A DNA stretch of 64,000 nucleotides. Source: Phoronis australis. Taxonomy: Eukaryota; Animalia; Phoronida. A program made the position numbers and the translations under genes. The notes beneath the pieces were generated by a model. It was not told where the DNA came from. It was given only the letters and a program-made list of their open reading frames with translations, and searched no databases. The DNA lies in the NCBI GenBank assembly GCA_002633005.1, contig NMRA01000055.1, positions 733,881 through 797,880 on the forward strand. The letters are read 5' to 3'. Positions 62,101 through 64,000 of the stretch are shown here, piece after piece (positions within the stretch are counted from its first letter, which is position 1; every line of letters begins with the position of its first letter).

Positions 62101-62654
62101 CATGATCCCACTAAACTCACAAAAGACTAGCCTTAGTGATTCAAGCTACTATAAGGTACTGGACATGCTCGCAAAGGGAGTGAGAAACACCATCACACAG
62201 TATGTGATGCAGGGTGGAGAAACAATTCACTGTTCGGATCATCTTCTGAATGTAATGGGCAGACCTTTGAAACAATGGATGGATATCAAGTCACGACTTG
62301 ACTCCCATTATTAAAAAATAATCAAATTATGATTCATGTCACGTGTATGGTTTTGTAGCTTAAAAAGGGTGGATGTCACGGCGATTTTTGTTGAGTTTAA
62401 AATTAGAAATCGCATCATGACATCACTATTGGTTGAGAGTTATGATTCTCTTGCATGGAACGCTCGCTATCAACTGCTTCTGTGATGACATAGCTCAGTT
62501 TTCACGGCCATCCCATTTCTGCACCACTCTAGAGAACCGACACCGGAATCTGAAGAAGAAGAAGAAGTTTATGATGACAATGTGGAACCTCCCCCTGACG
62601 TACCCCAGCGGCCGTCTGAAAGAACGAGAATGCTACCTTCAGAGCCTGAAGAAG
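47164..62654 (+). CDS. FYB/ADAP (FYN-binding protein)-like proline-rich adaptor, 3'-partial
   Basis: Large Pro/Lys-rich exon 60353-61115 contains LPASLGDAPEKPAKPPNAVL, resembling the LGPPPPKPNRPPNVDL motif of FYB1. A 31-nt micro-exon at 61921-61951 and exon 62533-62654 (EPTPESEEEEEVYDDNVEPPPDVPQRP, YDDV-like SH2 ligand) follow, with phases 1->2->1 joining in frame. A putative first coding exon ATG TCG|gtgagt at 47164-47169 (phase 0) is less certain. The diagnostic hSH3 domain would lie beyond the window. Confidence 0.65.
48019..48311. mobile_element. hAT-type 'GGCGGATCCAGG' MITE containing the assembly gap
   Basis: Left end ATGGGCGGATCCAGGATTTT..GGGG; right end CCCCC..AAATCCGCCAATG. Confidence 0.5.
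48059..48194. other. Assembly gap (136 N)
   Basis: Run of N following a G homopolymer. Confidence 1.
50007..50514. mobile_element. Probable decayed MITE
   Basis: Ends AGGCCTTTTCATA and TATGAAAGGCCC; internal inverted pair TTCGAAGTAAAC and GTTTACTGCGAA. Confidence 0.45.
51930..56225. mobile_element. TA-flanked, TIR-bounded non-autonomous DNA transposon (Tc1/mariner/pogo-like ends), ~4.3 kb, probably inflated by nested insertions
   Basis: Ends TA|CGGTAAAGTCGCGTGATTTTGGGAC and GTCCGAAAATCACGCCACTTTACCG|TA, with subterminal (A)AATTCGGACA repeats at both ends. No transposase ORF was recognised. Confidence 0.65.
53764..54031. mobile_element. MITE nested inside the 51930-56225 element
   Basis: Perfect 17-bp inverted repeat: GATTTCCGTATATAAGT (53771-53787) and ACTTATATACGGAAATC (~54010-54026). 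Confidence 0.6.
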
Positions 62655-63580
62655 GTGATTAGCTAGAAGTCGAGTGTATAGCAATGATATGCTAAGTTCA
62701 CGATTTGTCCTTTAGTTTGCACTTTTATCAATGATAATTAGTCTTGCATGATGAGGAGATTGTGCGACTGATTAATATCAAATGAATGTGGTACCATATG
62801 TAGGCTGTTGTACAATCATTTTATCCCTCACGGTGTAGTTGCTGCATGAAAACTCTGGGACACGAATTTAGTTGACATAAAGATAGTAACACTAGGACCT
62901 ACATATGTGCACCAATTGAAGACACAAATTAACTTTAATGGTGTATCAACTTGGAAGCAATTTTGAGAATTTGTGAGAAAAAATACTAAAGAAGTTATTT
63001 ATCTTCTCGTAAAGAAAATAGTTTTTTATTATCTGAAATTGAGTACTTTTACCACATTTTACTTGATTTTTGTTAACTTTTGATTTTGACATCAAAAAGT
63101 AAGTTTACTTTACCATTATTGTGTGAGCAAGAATTTAACCCATTAAACGGTAATGTGACTGCCATGAAAAAGGCGTGATGGTTTGAGATAGACATTGCTC
63201 TCATGCATTCACTCTTCTAGATTTCATGTTTTCACCATTTATTGTGGCGTTGTCAAGGAAACAGAACCTCATCAAGTGTTCATGTGACCATGTCATGATT
63301 CAGTAATGCATAAAAGTATCCCAGTTAACACCCAGAAAGTTGGATTTGACAGAATTAGAAAAAAAATTAAAATTGGGTGAATCAGATAAGTCCAATGTAA
63401 CCGTAACCAAACATAGACATTTAAAATGCATTTTTTTATTTATTTAGTTGTCTTGATGTAATTAAAGGTTTAAGTGATTATACCTTTAGTATGATCTCCG
63501 ACGCTGGAATATTTTAAACAGATAATAATGAGCATATTAAAGTAAACAGCTGTAGAATAATTTCAACTAATAAAAAGTAA

Positions 63581-63717
63581 GGGGTGTTCCAGCAAAATCT
63601 GTATGGGAGGGGGGGAAGGCACTTTTATTTCGTACCCACCACCCATATTTTTAATTTATTTCTCCAACCCATGACCCATAATTTTTTAATTATTTTTAAT
63701 ACGTTAAAATATAAAAT
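63581..63717. mobile_element. Truncated copy (left end and body) of the 25260 MITE
   Basis: Near-identical to 25260-25397 and preceded by TAA; the right inverted repeat is missing. Confidence 0.85.
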
Positions 63718-64000
63718 CCAACACTTGCAAACAAATTGCCTCCAGGAGAACCTGTTAAGAACTTTGATGATTGACAGACAAGAACTAGTTGTCTTGTCCA
63801 ATATTGTCAAAAACTAAAGTAGCCTGTGAGCAATACTTTTGGCAGCCACCAGGTGTCTCTGCTCACCATGTGTCTATAATTTCAATGAACATTTTTTCAA
63901 TTATAAGGATCTATGAATCTCAAACTGTTTCCACAAACTCTTCTATACTTCTATGTCAAGTGAATATTGGAACTTGTTTATCTTACTCCTCATACTTTTT

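Overview
This is AT-rich, intron-rich eukaryotic DNA, most likely from an invertebrate animal, with one 136-N gap. There are no prokaryotic features such as operons or CRISPR arrays. I reconstructed four spliced protein-coding genes by hand from GT-AG boundaries and reading-frame phase. (1) The 3' part of a Src42A/FRK-type tyrosine kinase (+, SH2 and kinase exons, 2968-10678). (2) A complete THOC1/Hpr1 (-, 19 coding exons, 666 aa, 15910-31610), convergent with the kinase. (3) A complete SLC35B3/PAPST2 (+, 9 exons, 371 aa from the ATG at 33534), divergent from THOC1. (4) The 5' part of a FYB/ADAP-like proline-rich adaptor (+, 47164 to beyond 62654). Introns and intergenic DNA contain tRNA-derived SINEs, several MITE families (one nested in another) and minisatellites. 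The most unusual pattern is a recurring set of 24-44 bp tandem duplications sitting exactly on gene punctuation: a splice donor, two splice acceptors (one with the start codon) and a stop codon. At all three splice sites the duplicate site would give a premature stop or inhibitory uORFs. Gene identities come from recalled family motifs; no database search was run.
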